The notes beneath the pieces were generated by a model. That model searched no databases. It saw nothing but the letters and a program-made list of their open reading frames with translations, and was not told the origin of the DNA. This document shows positions 54,268 through 62,814 of a stretch of 64,000 nt of DNA, one piece after another. Made by a program: the position numbers and the translations under genes. This stretch comes from Candidatus Rokuibacteriota bacterium (GTDB taxonomy: Bacteria; Methylomirabilota; Methylomirabilia; Rokubacteriales; CSP1-6). The stretch's first letter is position 1. Every line of letters begins with the position of its first letter. The stretch lies in contig QHTD01000055.1 in NCBI GenBank assembly GCA_003220675.1, forward strand, positions 18,722-82,721. The letters run 5' to 3'.

Positions 54268-54696
54268 ATGATCGATCCCGCCGTCCTGACCGCGCATCAC
54301 AAGGGCTGTCTCCCCGAGCTCTTGGGCATGCGCTTCGTGGAAGCGACGAAGGACCGCGTGGTGGCCGAGCTCGCGGTCCGCGACGACCTCAAGACCATCG
54401 GCGGCAGGCTCCACGGCGGCACCCTCATGGCCCTCGCCGACACGGTCGCCGCCACGGCCACGTTCCTCAACCTACCGCCGGGCGCCGGCACGACGACGCT
54501 CGAGTCGAAGACCAATTTCTTCGCGGGGGTGCAGGAGGGCCTGGTACGCGCCACCTCCACGCCGCTCCACCGGGGCCGGACCACCATGGTGTGGGAGACG
54601 CGCGTCACCGACGCGTCGGGACGCCTGCTGACGCTGACGATCCAGACCCAGATGGTCCTCAGCGCCCCTGGAACTTCGGCGGCCGCTTCTCCTTGA
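54268..54696 (+). CDS. PaaI-family hotdog-fold thioesterase
   Basis: 142 aa from the ATG at 54268 (AGGAGAG SD): ...GRLHGGTLMALADTVAATA...TLESKTNFF... is the PaaI motif. Confidence 0.85.
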   Translation: MIDPAVLTAHHKGCLPELLGMRFVEATKDRVVAELAVRDDLKTIGGRLHGGTLMALADTVAATATFLNLPPGAGTTTLESKTNFFAGVQEGLVRATSTPLHRGRTTMVWETRVTDASGRLLTLTIQTQMVLSAPGTSAAASP

Positions 54697-55354
54697 ACGC
54701 GGCGACGCCCTCGGCATGGTCGGCGGTCTGGCGGACAATCGACATGTGCGAGCTGACGAGGTCGAGGTGCGTCCTGAGGTCGAGCTTGAGGCTCTGGTAG
54801 ACGAGGCGCTTGATCATGCGGATCGGGATCTGTGGGCCGTCGGCAATCTGCCGTGCCAGGGCGTAGGTCACCTCCTTCAGCTGCGCGTCCGGCACCAGGC
54901 GCTGCACGATGCCGAGCCGGTGGGCCTCGGGCGCCTCGATGAAGTCGGCAGTCCACAGGAGCTCGAGCGCCCTGGCCGGCCCCACCAGGCGGGGCAGAAA
55001 AAACGTATCGCCGTCGCCCGGCACGAGGCCCACGCGCACGTAGCCCGTGGAGAAGCGGGCCGACTCCGCGGCCACGCGCATGTCGCACATCACGCACATG
55101 CCCATTCCCGCGCCGACCGCGAGCCCGTTGACCATCGCGATGACCGGCTTGTCCATCGCCTCCAGCGCCTTTGGCACTCGGTGGACGCCCTCCCACAGGC
55201 TGTTCTTACCGTCGAGCGCGCTCGGCTCACCCTGCCGCATGCGTCCCACGTCGCCGCCCGAGCAGAACGCGCGGCCGGCGCCGGTGACGACGACGACGTT
55301 CACGCTGTCGTCGGCCTGGGCCTCGCCGAGCGACTTCGCCCAGGCGTCGATCAT
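54659..55354 (-). CDS. Enoyl-CoA hydratase/isomerase family protein, apparently N-terminally truncated
   Basis: The crotonase core is present (VVVTGAGRAFCSGGD...VIAMVNGLAVGAGMGM). The first ~30-35 residues seen in full-length crotonases are missing, and there is no SD. Confidence 0.7.
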   Translation of the reverse strand: MIDAWAKSLGEAQADDSVNVVVVTGAGRAFCSGGDVGRMRQGEPSALDGKNSLWEGVHRVPKALEAMDKPVIAMVNGLAVGAGMGMCVMCDMRVAAESARFSTGYVRVGLVPGDGDTFFLPRLVGPARALELLWTADFIEAPEAHRLGIVQRLVPDAQLKEVTYALARQIADGPQIPIRMIKRLVYQSLKLDLRTHLDLVSSHMSIVRQTADHAEGVAAFKEKRPPKFQGR

Positions 55355-56507
55355 CCCCGCGGTGGATATTGCGCAGGATTTCCGACGTGCCGGCGCGAAT
55401 GCCGCTCGCCCGCGCCAGCAACTCGTAGAACTCCCACTGCCCGTCGTCCGGCGCCCAGGGCGAGCCGGGGGCGATCTGCGAGTAGGGACCGATCACCTCG
55501 GTGGCGGTCTGCGCCAGGTCCTGGTCCACCTGGCTCCAGAAGAGCTTGGAGGTCGAGCCCTCTGGCCCGGGTGCGCCCCCGCGCAGGATGTTCGTCAGGC
55601 TCCGGTAGCCGTTGAGCTGGAGCGCCTGCTCGCTGGTCCAGAGGCTGGCGACCTTCTGGCGCACGATGGGGTCGGCGCTCTTCTTCTGCTGCTGGACCAG
55701 GCGGACCAGGCGGTGGAGCGCGTTGCGGAGCGATATATGTCGGATGAAGGTCAGGAGGTCTCTCTCGTATGCCAGCGTGGTGATCGCGACGCTCCACCCC
55801 TCATCGAGTCTCCCCACAAGGTGTTCCGACGGTACGCGGACGTTGTCGAAGAACACCTCATTGAACTCCGCCTCGCCCGTGATCTGTCGGAGCGGCCGGA
55901 CGGTGATGCCCGGCGTCTTCATGTCCACGAGGAGGAAGCTGATGGACTTGTGCTTGGGAGCTTCTGGACTGGTCCGCACGAGGAGGAAGCACCAGTCGGC
56001 GACGTGGGCCATGCTCGTCCAGACCTTCTGGCCGTTGACGACGAAGTGGCCGTCGTCGTGCTCCGCGCGGGTTTGGAGGTTGGCGAGGTCCGAGCCCGCG
56101 TTGGGCTCGGAGAAGCCCTGGCACCAGAGCTCCTCTGCGGTCAGGATCTTCGGCAGGAAGCGCCTCTGCTGGGCCGGCGTCCCGTGCTTCATGAGCGTCG
56201 GCCCGAGCATCGAGATGCCGCCGCGGTTCACGAACTGGGGCGACTCGGCGCGCGCCATCTCCTGGTAGAGGATGACCATCTCGACGATCGACGCGCCGCG
56301 CCCGCCGAACTCGCGCGGCCAGTCCATGCCGACGTAGCCCGCCGCGTGCATCGTCTTCTGCCAGGCGCGGAGCCTTCGGACCTCGTCGCGGTCGGCCCGC
56401 GAGGACGCGAACGCACGCCCGCGGAGATCGTCGGGCAGGTTCGTCTCGAGCCAGTGCCGAACCTCTTTGCGAAACTCCTCTTCCTGCTCGCTGAAGTCGA
56501 AGTTCAT
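55227..56507 (-). CDS. Acyl-CoA dehydrogenase family protein with an aberrant 3' end
   Basis: MNFDFSEQEEEFRKEVRHW...CQGFSEPNAGSD...IRAGTSEILRNI, then 43 Arg-rich codons read out of frame through the ECH gene instead of the usual short IAERxLGLP-type end. Confidence 0.78.
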   Translation of the reverse strand: MNFDFSEQEEEFRKEVRHWLETNLPDDLRGRAFASSRADRDEVRRLRAWQKTMHAAGYVGMDWPREFGGRGASIVEMVILYQEMARAESPQFVNRGGISMLGPTLMKHGTPAQQRRFLPKILTAEELWCQGFSEPNAGSDLANLQTRAEHDDGHFVVNGQKVWTSMAHVADWCFLLVRTSPEAPKHKSISFLLVDMKTPGITVRPLRQITGEAEFNEVFFDNVRVPSEHLVGRLDEGWSVAITTLAYERDLLTFIRHISLRNALHRLVRLVQQQKKSADPIVRQKVASLWTSEQALQLNGYRSLTNILRGGAPGPEGSTSKLFWSQVDQDLAQTATEVIGPYSQIAPGSPWAPDDGQWEFYELLARASGIRAGTSEILRNIHRGDDRRLGEVARRGPGRRQRERRRRHRRRPRVLLGRRRGTHAAG

Positions 56508-56514
56508 GGCCGCC

Positions 56515-57312
56515 TCACCACATGACGCATCCGCCATCGACCATGAGCGCCTGACCCGTGATATACCGGGCCTCGTCCGAGGCGAGGAACACCGCTGCCG
56601 CGCCGATGTCCTCCGGCTCCTGCTCGCACTTCATCGGCACGATGTCGGCGACGCGCTTCTCGAACACCTGCCGCGCCGTCATGCCTTTGAACGCCGGGTT
56701 GGTCTCCGCGATATGGGCGGCGAGCTTCTGCCAGAAGTCGGTCCACAGGACGCCGGGGCAGATCGCGTTGACGGTGATCCGGTGCGGCGCCAGCTCCTTG
56801 GCCACGACGCGGGTGAAGGTGATCACGCCCTGCTTGGCCACGCTGTACGGCGGCATCGTCACTGCCGCGAGCGGCCCCGCGATGGACGCGATGTTGATGA
56901 TCCGCCCCGCCTTCTTCTCGATGAAATACGGCGCGATCGCCTTGCACGTGAGAAACACCGATTTCGTATTGACCGCAAAGGCGCGGTCCCAATCTTCTTC
57001 AGTGTTGTTCGTGAACGGCATGCCGGGGGTCGACCCCGCACCGGCGTTGTTGACGAGGATGTCGATCTTCCCGAGCGTCTCGCGCGTGCGGTCGATCATG
57101 GCCTTGACGTCCGCGGAGCTCGTCACGTCCGCCTTCATCGCGACGACTTTGCGCCCGAGCGCTCTGACCTCGCTGGCGACCTTCTCCGCGTTCAGCACCT
57201 GGATGTCCGGGATCGCGATGTCGGCACCCTCGCGCGCCATCGCGAGCAGGATGCCGCGCCCGATGCCGCTGCCACCACCCGTCACGACGGCCACCTTGCC
57301 GGCGAGTCGCAT
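56515..57312 (-). CDS. Short-chain dehydrogenase/reductase (SDR)
   Basis: From the ATG at 57312 (AAAGGAG SD): MRLAGKVAVVTGGGSGIGRG..., NNAG and the YSVAK catalytic motif. Confidence 0.9.
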   Translation of the reverse strand: MRLAGKVAVVTGGGSGIGRGILLAMAREGADIAIPDIQVLNAEKVASEVRALGRKVVAMKADVTSSADVKAMIDRTRETLGKIDILVNNAGAGSTPGMPFTNNTEEDWDRAFAVNTKSVFLTCKAIAPYFIEKKAGRIINIASIAGPLAAVTMPPYSVAKQGVITFTRVVAKELAPHRITVNAICPGVLWTDFWQKLAAHIAETNPAFKGMTARQVFEKRVADIVPMKCEQEPEDIGAAAVFLASDEARYITGQALMVDGGCVMW

Positions 57313-57330
57313 GCGGATCTCCTTTGTGGC

Positions 57331-57405
57331 GGGGTCCCCGAGCACGGTCGGCGCGGTGGGTGGTCTGAGCGCGGCGCGCTCCGCCTCCGTCCGTACTCTA
57401 TAATC
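57331..57405 (-). repeat. Partial junction repeat family copy between SDR and the IlvD/Edd gene
   Basis: The plus strand reads ggggtccccgagcacggtcggcgcggtgggtggtctgagcgcggcgcgctccgcctccgtccgtactctataat and aligns with the 4090-4150 and 18313-18380 copies. The gene-direction end ACCCCGCCACAA lies 14 nt before the SDR ATG. Confidence 0.5.
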
Positions 57406-57424
57406 GGTGCCCCGGAGGGTTCCC

Positions 57425-59158
57425 ATGACAGCACACCCGCTCAGGAGCCGCAACTGGTTCGGGCGCAACGACCTCGACGGCTTCGTCCACCGCTCGTGGC
57501 TCAAGACGGAGGGGTTCAGCGATCTCGTCTTCGACGGCCGCCCCGTGATCGGTATCGCCAACTCCTGGTCCGAGCTGACCAACTGCAACGCCCATCTGCG
57601 GCAGGTCGCCGACGCAGTGAAGCGCGGCGCGTGGTCCGCCGGGGGGTTCCCCCTCGAGTTCCCCACCATCTCGCTGGGCGAGATCCTCATGAAACCGACC
57701 ACGATGCTTTTCCGGAATCTCATGGCGATGGACGTGGAGGAGTGCCTGCGCGCCTACCCGCTCGACGCCGTCGTGCTCCTCTCCGGCTGCGACAAGACGA
57801 CGCCGGCCATGCTCATGGGCGCCGCCTCCGCCGACGTCCCCGCGATCATGGTCACAGGCGGTCCCATGCTGCGCGGCAAGTGGCGGATGGAGGAGCTCGG
57901 CTCCGGCACCGACGTCTGGCGCCTCTGGGCCGAGCGGCGCGCCGGGCGAATGACGGACGAGGAGCTCTGCGAGGCGGAGTCGTGCATGTCGCGCTCGTCC
58001 GGCCACTGCATGGTCATGGGGACAGCCTCCACGATGGCCTCGATGGCCGAGGCGCTCGGCTTGACGCTCCCCGGCAACGCCGCGATCCCGGCGCCCGACT
58101 CCCGGCGCCTGGCGCTCGCCGAGCTGAGCGGCCGGCGCGCCGTCGAGATGGCGCTGGCCGGTGGGCCCAAGCCCTCGGAGATCCTGACGGCGCAGGCGTT
58201 CGACAACGCCATCCGCGCCGACATGGCGATCGGCGGCTCGACCAACGCGATCATCCACCTCGTCGCCATCGCCGGGCGGGTGGGCGTGCCGTTGCCGCTC
58301 GCGCGCTTCGACGAGCTGGCGCGCACGACGCCGTTCCTCGCGAACCTGCGCCCGTCGGGGAAGTACCTCATGGAGGACTTCTTCTACGCCGGCGGCCTGC
58401 CCGCCGTCCTGAAGGAGCTCCTGCCGCTGCTCCACGGCGACGCCCCGACGGTGAACGGCAAGTCCATGGCGGACAACGTCCGGGACGCCAGATGCTGGAA
58501 TGCGGACGTCATCCGACCGCTCGGGATGCCGCTCTCCCCCGAGGGCGGCACGGTCATCCTTTCCGGAAATCTGTGTCCCGACGGGGCGGTGCTCAAGCAG
58601 TCCGCCGCCTCGCCGCATCTCCTGACCCACCGTGGCCGCGCCGTGGTCTTCGAGGACCACGACGACCTCCACCGCCGCATCGACGACCCGGGGCTGCCGA
58701 TCGACGAGACCTCGGTGCTCGTGCTCAAGCACGCGGGGCCCAAAGGCGCGCCCGGCATGCCCGAGTGGGACGCGGCGCCGATCCCCGCGCCCCTGCTCAA
58801 GCGGGGCGTGAAGGACATGGTGAGGATCTCCGACGCGCGGATGAGCGGGACCTCGTACGGCACCGTGGTCCTCCACGTCGCGCCCGAGGCGGCGGTCGGC
58901 GGGCCGCTGGCGCTCGTCCGCGACGGCGACGAGATCGAGCTCGACGTGCCGAAGCGGAAGCTCACGCTCCGCGTGAGCGGTGAGGAGCTCGCGCGGCGAC
59001 GAGCGGCGTGGAAGCCACGGCCGCCTTGGTTCACCCGCGGCTACGGTCGCCTCTTCCTCGACCACGTGCTCCAGGCGAACGAGGGGGCGGACTTCGACTT
59101 CCTGCGCGGGCGAACCCCGGTTCGCGCGGAGGACACGGCGGGGCCGTCGCACAGCTAG
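57425..59158 (+). CDS. IlvD/Edd-family dehydratase (dihydroxy-acid or sugar-acid dehydratase)
   Basis: MTAHPLRSRNWFGRNDLDGFVHRSWLKTEGF...CDKTTPAMLMGA... I prefer the ATG at 57425 (GGAGGG SD) over the ORF-track start at 57407. Confidence 0.9.
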   Translation: MTAHPLRSRNWFGRNDLDGFVHRSWLKTEGFSDLVFDGRPVIGIANSWSELTNCNAHLRQVADAVKRGAWSAGGFPLEFPTISLGEILMKPTTMLFRNLMAMDVEECLRAYPLDAVVLLSGCDKTTPAMLMGAASADVPAIMVTGGPMLRGKWRMEELGSGTDVWRLWAERRAGRMTDEELCEAESCMSRSSGHCMVMGTASTMASMAEALGLTLPGNAAIPAPDSRRLALAELSGRRAVEMALAGGPKPSEILTAQAFDNAIRADMAIGGSTNAIIHLVAIAGRVGVPLPLARFDELARTTPFLANLRPSGKYLMEDFFYAGGLPAVLKELLPLLHGDAPTVNGKSMADNVRDARCWNADVIRPLGMPLSPEGGTVILSGNLCPDGAVLKQSAASPHLLTHRGRAVVFEDHDDLHRRIDDPGLPIDETSVLVLKHAGPKGAPGMPEWDAAPIPAPLLKRGVKDMVRISDARMSGTSYGTVVLHVAPEAAVGGPLALVRDGDEIELDVPKRKLTLRVSGEELARRRAAWKPRPPWFTRGYGRLFLDHVLQANEGADFDFLRGRTPVRAEDTAGPSHS

Positions 59159-59331
59159 ACCAGGGGCCGCCATTTCCTTGCTGGGAAGAACCTGGCCGGC
59201 ATGGTGGCCGCTCCACCACCGCTCGAGCCGCGGCCGCCCCACCAGCAGTCGCGCCCTCCTTCTACGTCAGCCACTTACGGCCGTCGTTTCAGGAAATCCG
59301 CCTGGCACCCGGCTTGCGTAGTCCACGTGTC

Positions 59332-59508
59332 ATGGACTGGATCAGCGAACTGTGGCGGACCTGCTGCATAGGGGAAGAGGCCTTCTGGAGGAGCACCAAC
59401 TTCTGGCTGACCGCGGCAGCGATCGTCCTCCCCTTCGGCTGGCTCCTCTTCGTGTTCAAGCTCACTCCGGTCCGCGTCCGCGCCACCTACTTCCGCGACG
59501 ATTCCTGA
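59332..59508 (+). CDS. Hypothetical 58-aa membrane protein
   Basis: MDWISELWRTCCIGEEAFWRSTNFWLTAAAIVLPFGWLLFVFKLTPVRVRATYFRDDS has one TM helix and high third-position GC. No clear SD. Its 3' end overlaps murQ by 22 nt. Confidence 0.3.
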   Translation: MDWISELWRTCCIGEEAFWRSTNFWLTAAAIVLPFGWLLFVFKLTPVRVRATYFRDDS

Positions 59509-60404
59509 AGCGCCTCGCGTAGGGAGCCCCCGGCTTCTCGAAGCACCCGCGCGGCGCCACGTGCGCTGAGCCCGCAGCGCGCCATCACGATCGCGACCCT
59601 CACGCTGCCCCCGGACTCCGCCAGCGCGCGCCGCGCGCGAGGGCGCCGGACGCCTGCGATCTCGGTGATCACGCGCACGGCGCGCTCCCTGAGCTTCGCC
59701 GAGCGCGGCTGAAGATCCACCATGCGGTTGCCGTAGACCTTCCCGAGCCGCGCCATGGCCGCGGTCGTCAGCGTGTTGAGAACGAGCTTGGTGGCGGTGC
59801 CGGCCTTGAGCCGGGTCGAGCCCGCGAGCACCTCCGGGCCCGGCGCGGGCGCGATGATGACGTCGGCCGGGGCGCCGCGAGTGGTCGTCGGGTTGCACGC
59901 GACCAGGACGGTGCGGGCACCGCGGCGTCGGGCGGCGGCGAGCGCCGCGCGCACGAACGGCGTGACACCGCTCGCCGACACGCCCACCACGACGTCGCCG
60001 TGCCTCACGCGCGCGCCGACGGCACGCGCGGCGGCGCGCGCGTCGTCCTCCGCGCCCTCGCGCGAGCGAAAGACCGCAGGGCGGCCGCCCGCCATGATCG
60101 CCTGCACGAGGCGCGGCGGCGTGCCGAATGTCGGCGGACACTCCGCCGCCTCGAGAACGCCGAGCCGGCCGCTCGTGCCGGCACCGACGAAGAACAGGCG
60201 GCCACCGCCGCCGAGCGCCGCGACGATCGCGTCCACCGCCGCCGCGATCTGGCGCCGGACGCGCGCCACCGCCAGCACGGCCCGGCGGTCCTCGCGGTTC
60301 ATCAGCGCGGCGACGCGGAGCGGCGTGAGGCGGTCGAGGGCGCGGCTCGCACGGTTCTCCTGCTCGGTGGCGAGCCGCGCGTAGGGAATTCGCGAGGGCG
60401 TCAC
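59487..60404 (-). CDS. murQ: N-acetylmuramic acid 6-phosphate etherase
   Basis: 305-aa ORF with a SIS domain (RLFFVGAGTSGRLGVLEAAECPPTFG...), MurQ-like. Confidence 0.93.
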   Translation of the reverse strand: MTPSRIPYARLATEQENRASRALDRLTPLRVAALMNREDRRAVLAVARVRRQIAAAVDAIVAALGGGGRLFFVGAGTSGRLGVLEAAECPPTFGTPPRLVQAIMAGGRPAVFRSREGAEDDARAAARAVGARVRHGDVVVGVSASGVTPFVRAALAAARRRGARTVLVACNPTTTRGAPADVIIAPAPGPEVLAGSTRLKAGTATKLVLNTLTTAAMARLGKVYGNRMVDLQPRSAKLRERAVRVITEIAGVRRPRARRALAESGGSVRVAIVMARCGLSARGAARVLREAGGSLREALQESSRK

Positions 60405-60430
60405 GCCCGCATGCTACTACTATCTGGCGG

Positions 60431-61603
60431 ATGCCCACCGTCCGATCCGGGCTCGAGGTCCTCGTCCACGACCAGCAGTCACTCCTCCAAGGCCGCCGCG
60501 TGGCGCTCCTCGCCCATCAGGCTTCGGTCGACTCTCGCTACGCTCACGCGGCCTCGCTGCTCGGCGACCTGCGGCGCGTGCGGCTCGTGCGGCTCCTGGC
60601 GCCGGAGCACGGGCTCTGGGGCGCGGCGCAGGACCATGCGCGCGTCGGGGCGACGCGCGACCCGGCGACGGGCCTGCCCGTGTTCAGTCTCTACGGCTCG
60701 CGTCCCGCGCCGACGCGGGCGATGCTCCGCGGGGCGGACGTCCTCGTCGTGGACCTTCAAGATATCGGCGCGCGCTACTACACCTTCGTTTGGACCATGG
60801 CGCTGTCGATGCAGGCCTGCGCACGGGTCGGTGTCGGCGTCGTCGTGCTCGACCGCCCCAACCCGCTCGGCGGCGCGGTCGTCGAGGGCAACGTGCCCGA
60901 CCCCGCCTTCGCGTCCTTCGTCGGGCTCTACCCGCTCCCCGCGCGTCATGGGCTGACGATCGGTGAGCTCGCGGCCTATCTCAACGAGCGTCACGCGCTC
61001 GGGTGCAACCTCACGGTGGCCCCGCTGAAGGGTTGGCGCCGCGCGATGCTCTGGGAGGACACGGGACTGCCGTGGGTGGCGCCCTCGCCCAACATGCCCA
61101 CGCCTGACACCGCTCGCGTCTACCCGGGCGGGTGCCTCGTCGAGGGCACCAATCTCTCCGAGGGGCGCGGGACGACGCGCCCCTTCGAGTGGATCGGCGC
61201 GCCCTACCTCGACGCCCACCGCTACGCCGACGCGCTCGAGGCCGAGCGACTGCCGGGCGTCCGCTTCCGCCCCGCGCGCTTCGTCCCCACCTTTCACAAG
61301 TGGGCCGGCCGGCTCTGCGACGGCGCGCAGGTGCACGTGACCGACCGCGCGCGCTTCAAGCCCTTCCTGACGGGCCTCGCCCTGATCGCCGTCGCCAGGC
61401 GTCAGGGGCGCAGGCACTTCGCCTGGCGCCGACCCCCGTACGAGTTCGAGCGCAGGCGGCTGCCGATCGACATCCTGTGCGGGACCGACGCGATCCGTCG
61501 CGCAATCGAGCGCGGCACGTCCATCGCGATGATCGAGCGCTCCTGGCGGCCCGACCTCACGCGCTGGCTCGGGGCGCGCGCCCCCTACCTGGCGTACCGG
61601 TGA
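60431..61603 (+). CDS. namZ: DUF1343-family exo-beta-N-acetylmuramidase (NamZ/YbbC-like)
   Basis: 390-aa ORF ...VALLAHQASVD...LLAPEHGLWGAAQD...VVDLQDIGARYYTFVWTM... are DUF1343 hallmarks. It diverges from murQ. Confidence 0.85.
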   Translation: MPTVRSGLEVLVHDQQSLLQGRRVALLAHQASVDSRYAHAASLLGDLRRVRLVRLLAPEHGLWGAAQDHARVGATRDPATGLPVFSLYGSRPAPTRAMLRGADVLVVDLQDIGARYYTFVWTMALSMQACARVGVGVVVLDRPNPLGGAVVEGNVPDPAFASFVGLYPLPARHGLTIGELAAYLNERHALGCNLTVAPLKGWRRAMLWEDTGLPWVAPSPNMPTPDTARVYPGGCLVEGTNLSEGRGTTRPFEWIGAPYLDAHRYADALEAERLPGVRFRPARFVPTFHKWAGRLCDGAQVHVTDRARFKPFLTGLALIAVARRQGRRHFAWRRPPYEFERRRLPIDILCGTDAIRRAIERGTSIAMIERSWRPDLTRWLGARAPYLAYR

Positions 61604-61610
61604 CGGAGCG

Positions 61611-61943
61611 CTAGCTCCCGAAGAGGCGCGCGAAGAACTTCTTCACGCTCCGGCCGAAGTCTACGGTGCCGTCACGGACCTGCTCCCAGGCGCTCTTGGC
61701 CGTGTGCTCCACGGCTTTCCCTGCCTTCTCGCCCGTCTCCTTGAGCGTCGCGCCCGTGGACTTCGCGCCCTCGACGACGGTCTTGCCGATGCCCTTCGCC
61801 GTCTCCTCGACACCCTGGCCGACCTTCTTGGCACCGCTCTCCACCTCTTTGGTGGCGGCCTTCACTTTCGAGTCGGCGGCGGCGGCAGGCAGGCCCAGGG
61901 CGAGGAGAAACGCGCACGCGAATACCATGGTCAGCGGTCTCAT
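61611..61943 (-). CDS. Secreted repeat protein (LEA/apolipoprotein-like amphipathic repeats)
   Basis: From the ATG at 61943 (GGGAGGTG SD): a signal peptide MRPLTMVFACAFLLALGLPAAAA, then repeated K/E/G/A/T-rich 11-mer-like units (KEVESGAKKVGQGVEETAKGIGKTVVEGAKSTG...). Confidence 0.6.
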   Translation of the reverse strand: MRPLTMVFACAFLLALGLPAAAADSKVKAATKEVESGAKKVGQGVEETAKGIGKTVVEGAKSTGATLKETGEKAGKAVEHTAKSAWEQVRDGTVDFGRSVKKFFARLFGS

Positions 61944-61990
61944 GCGACACCTCCCGATGACCATGGTATCAGCCGCGACGTGGTTGGAGG

Positions 61991-62467
61991 CTACCCTGCG
62001 TAGCCGCGCGAGCGCATGCAGCCTGCATAGGCCTCGCGGTACCGCTCATCGTGCTTCTTGCTCTCGTTGAGGCCATAGAGGGTGCCGCCGCCGGCGCCGA
62101 CCACGCTGCCGATTGCCGCTCCCTTGCCCGCGCCCTTGCCGCCGCCTGCGATGGCGCCGCCCGCGGCGCCCACAGCGGCGCCGACGACCGCGCCGACCGC
62201 GGCGTCCTTCACGACCTCGGCAGTCTTGTCACGGTCGCCGGTCTGCGAGGCCGCGTACCGGTTGCAGGCGTCGACGGCCGCCTGCGGCGGGATCGTCGAC
62301 GGCTGGGCGACACGGGGCGCTGGCGCGCTCGCCGTGCCAGTGCTGACGGCGGCCCTCGTGTCGTCGCCCACCCGGTTGGCGACGACGAGCCCGGTCACGA
62401 GCGCCGTCGCCATCATCAACGCCATCGCGATCGCAGTGACCTTCCACGGATCCCAGCTCCCGTTCAT
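61991..62467 (-). CDS. Membrane-anchored glycine-zipper protein
   Basis: From the ATG at 62467 (GGAGGAGG SD): a TM helix, an Ala/Pro linker, a Gly-zipper (GAVVGAAVGAAGGAIAGGGKGAGKGAAIGSVVGAGGG) and the C-terminal motif YREAYAGCMRSRGY. Confidence 0.65.
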   Translation of the reverse strand: MNGSWDPWKVTAIAMALMMATALVTGLVVANRVGDDTRAAVSTGTASAPAPRVAQPSTIPPQAAVDACNRYAASQTGDRDKTAEVVKDAAVGAVVGAAVGAAGGAIAGGGKGAGKGAAIGSVVGAGGGTLYGLNESKKHDERYREAYAGCMRSRGYAG

Positions 62468-62814
62468 CACTTGCCTCCTCCCCGGCCGCCGAACCCCGCA
62501 CAGCGGGAGCGATCGCCGCTCGAGCCGCACGCGTGGCCGCGACCTGGGTCGCTCGAGTTATCCGTCCTGCCGTAACCCCTTTCGCGAAGATGCGTCAGAC
62601 GATGAGTGCAGCGTGTACATGATCCCTGCACCGCCCGACACGCCGGCGCCGCTCGCGTGCAGTGCACGTGCCAGATCAGGCTGCTTGGAAATTCGATAGG
62701 TTCAGGCCCCCCGGTCTGATGGGCCGCGTCCGTGAGCGCGTCGCGGTGTCAGCTGCTTGACATGGAACGGCCTTCCCGGCGTACGACGATACGCGCGCGC
62801 GATACAATCGCGGC

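Noticed and set aside
57407-57424. The GTG at 57407 as the start of the IlvD/Edd gene (ORF-track start).
   Set aside because: The in-frame ATG at 57425 has a well-placed GGAGGG Shine-Dalgarno, and the extra six codons lie over that SD.
62756-62808. TTGACA and TACAAT hexamers upstream of nagZ as one promoter.
   Set aside because: They are 41 nt apart, so they cannot form a single sigma70 promoter.
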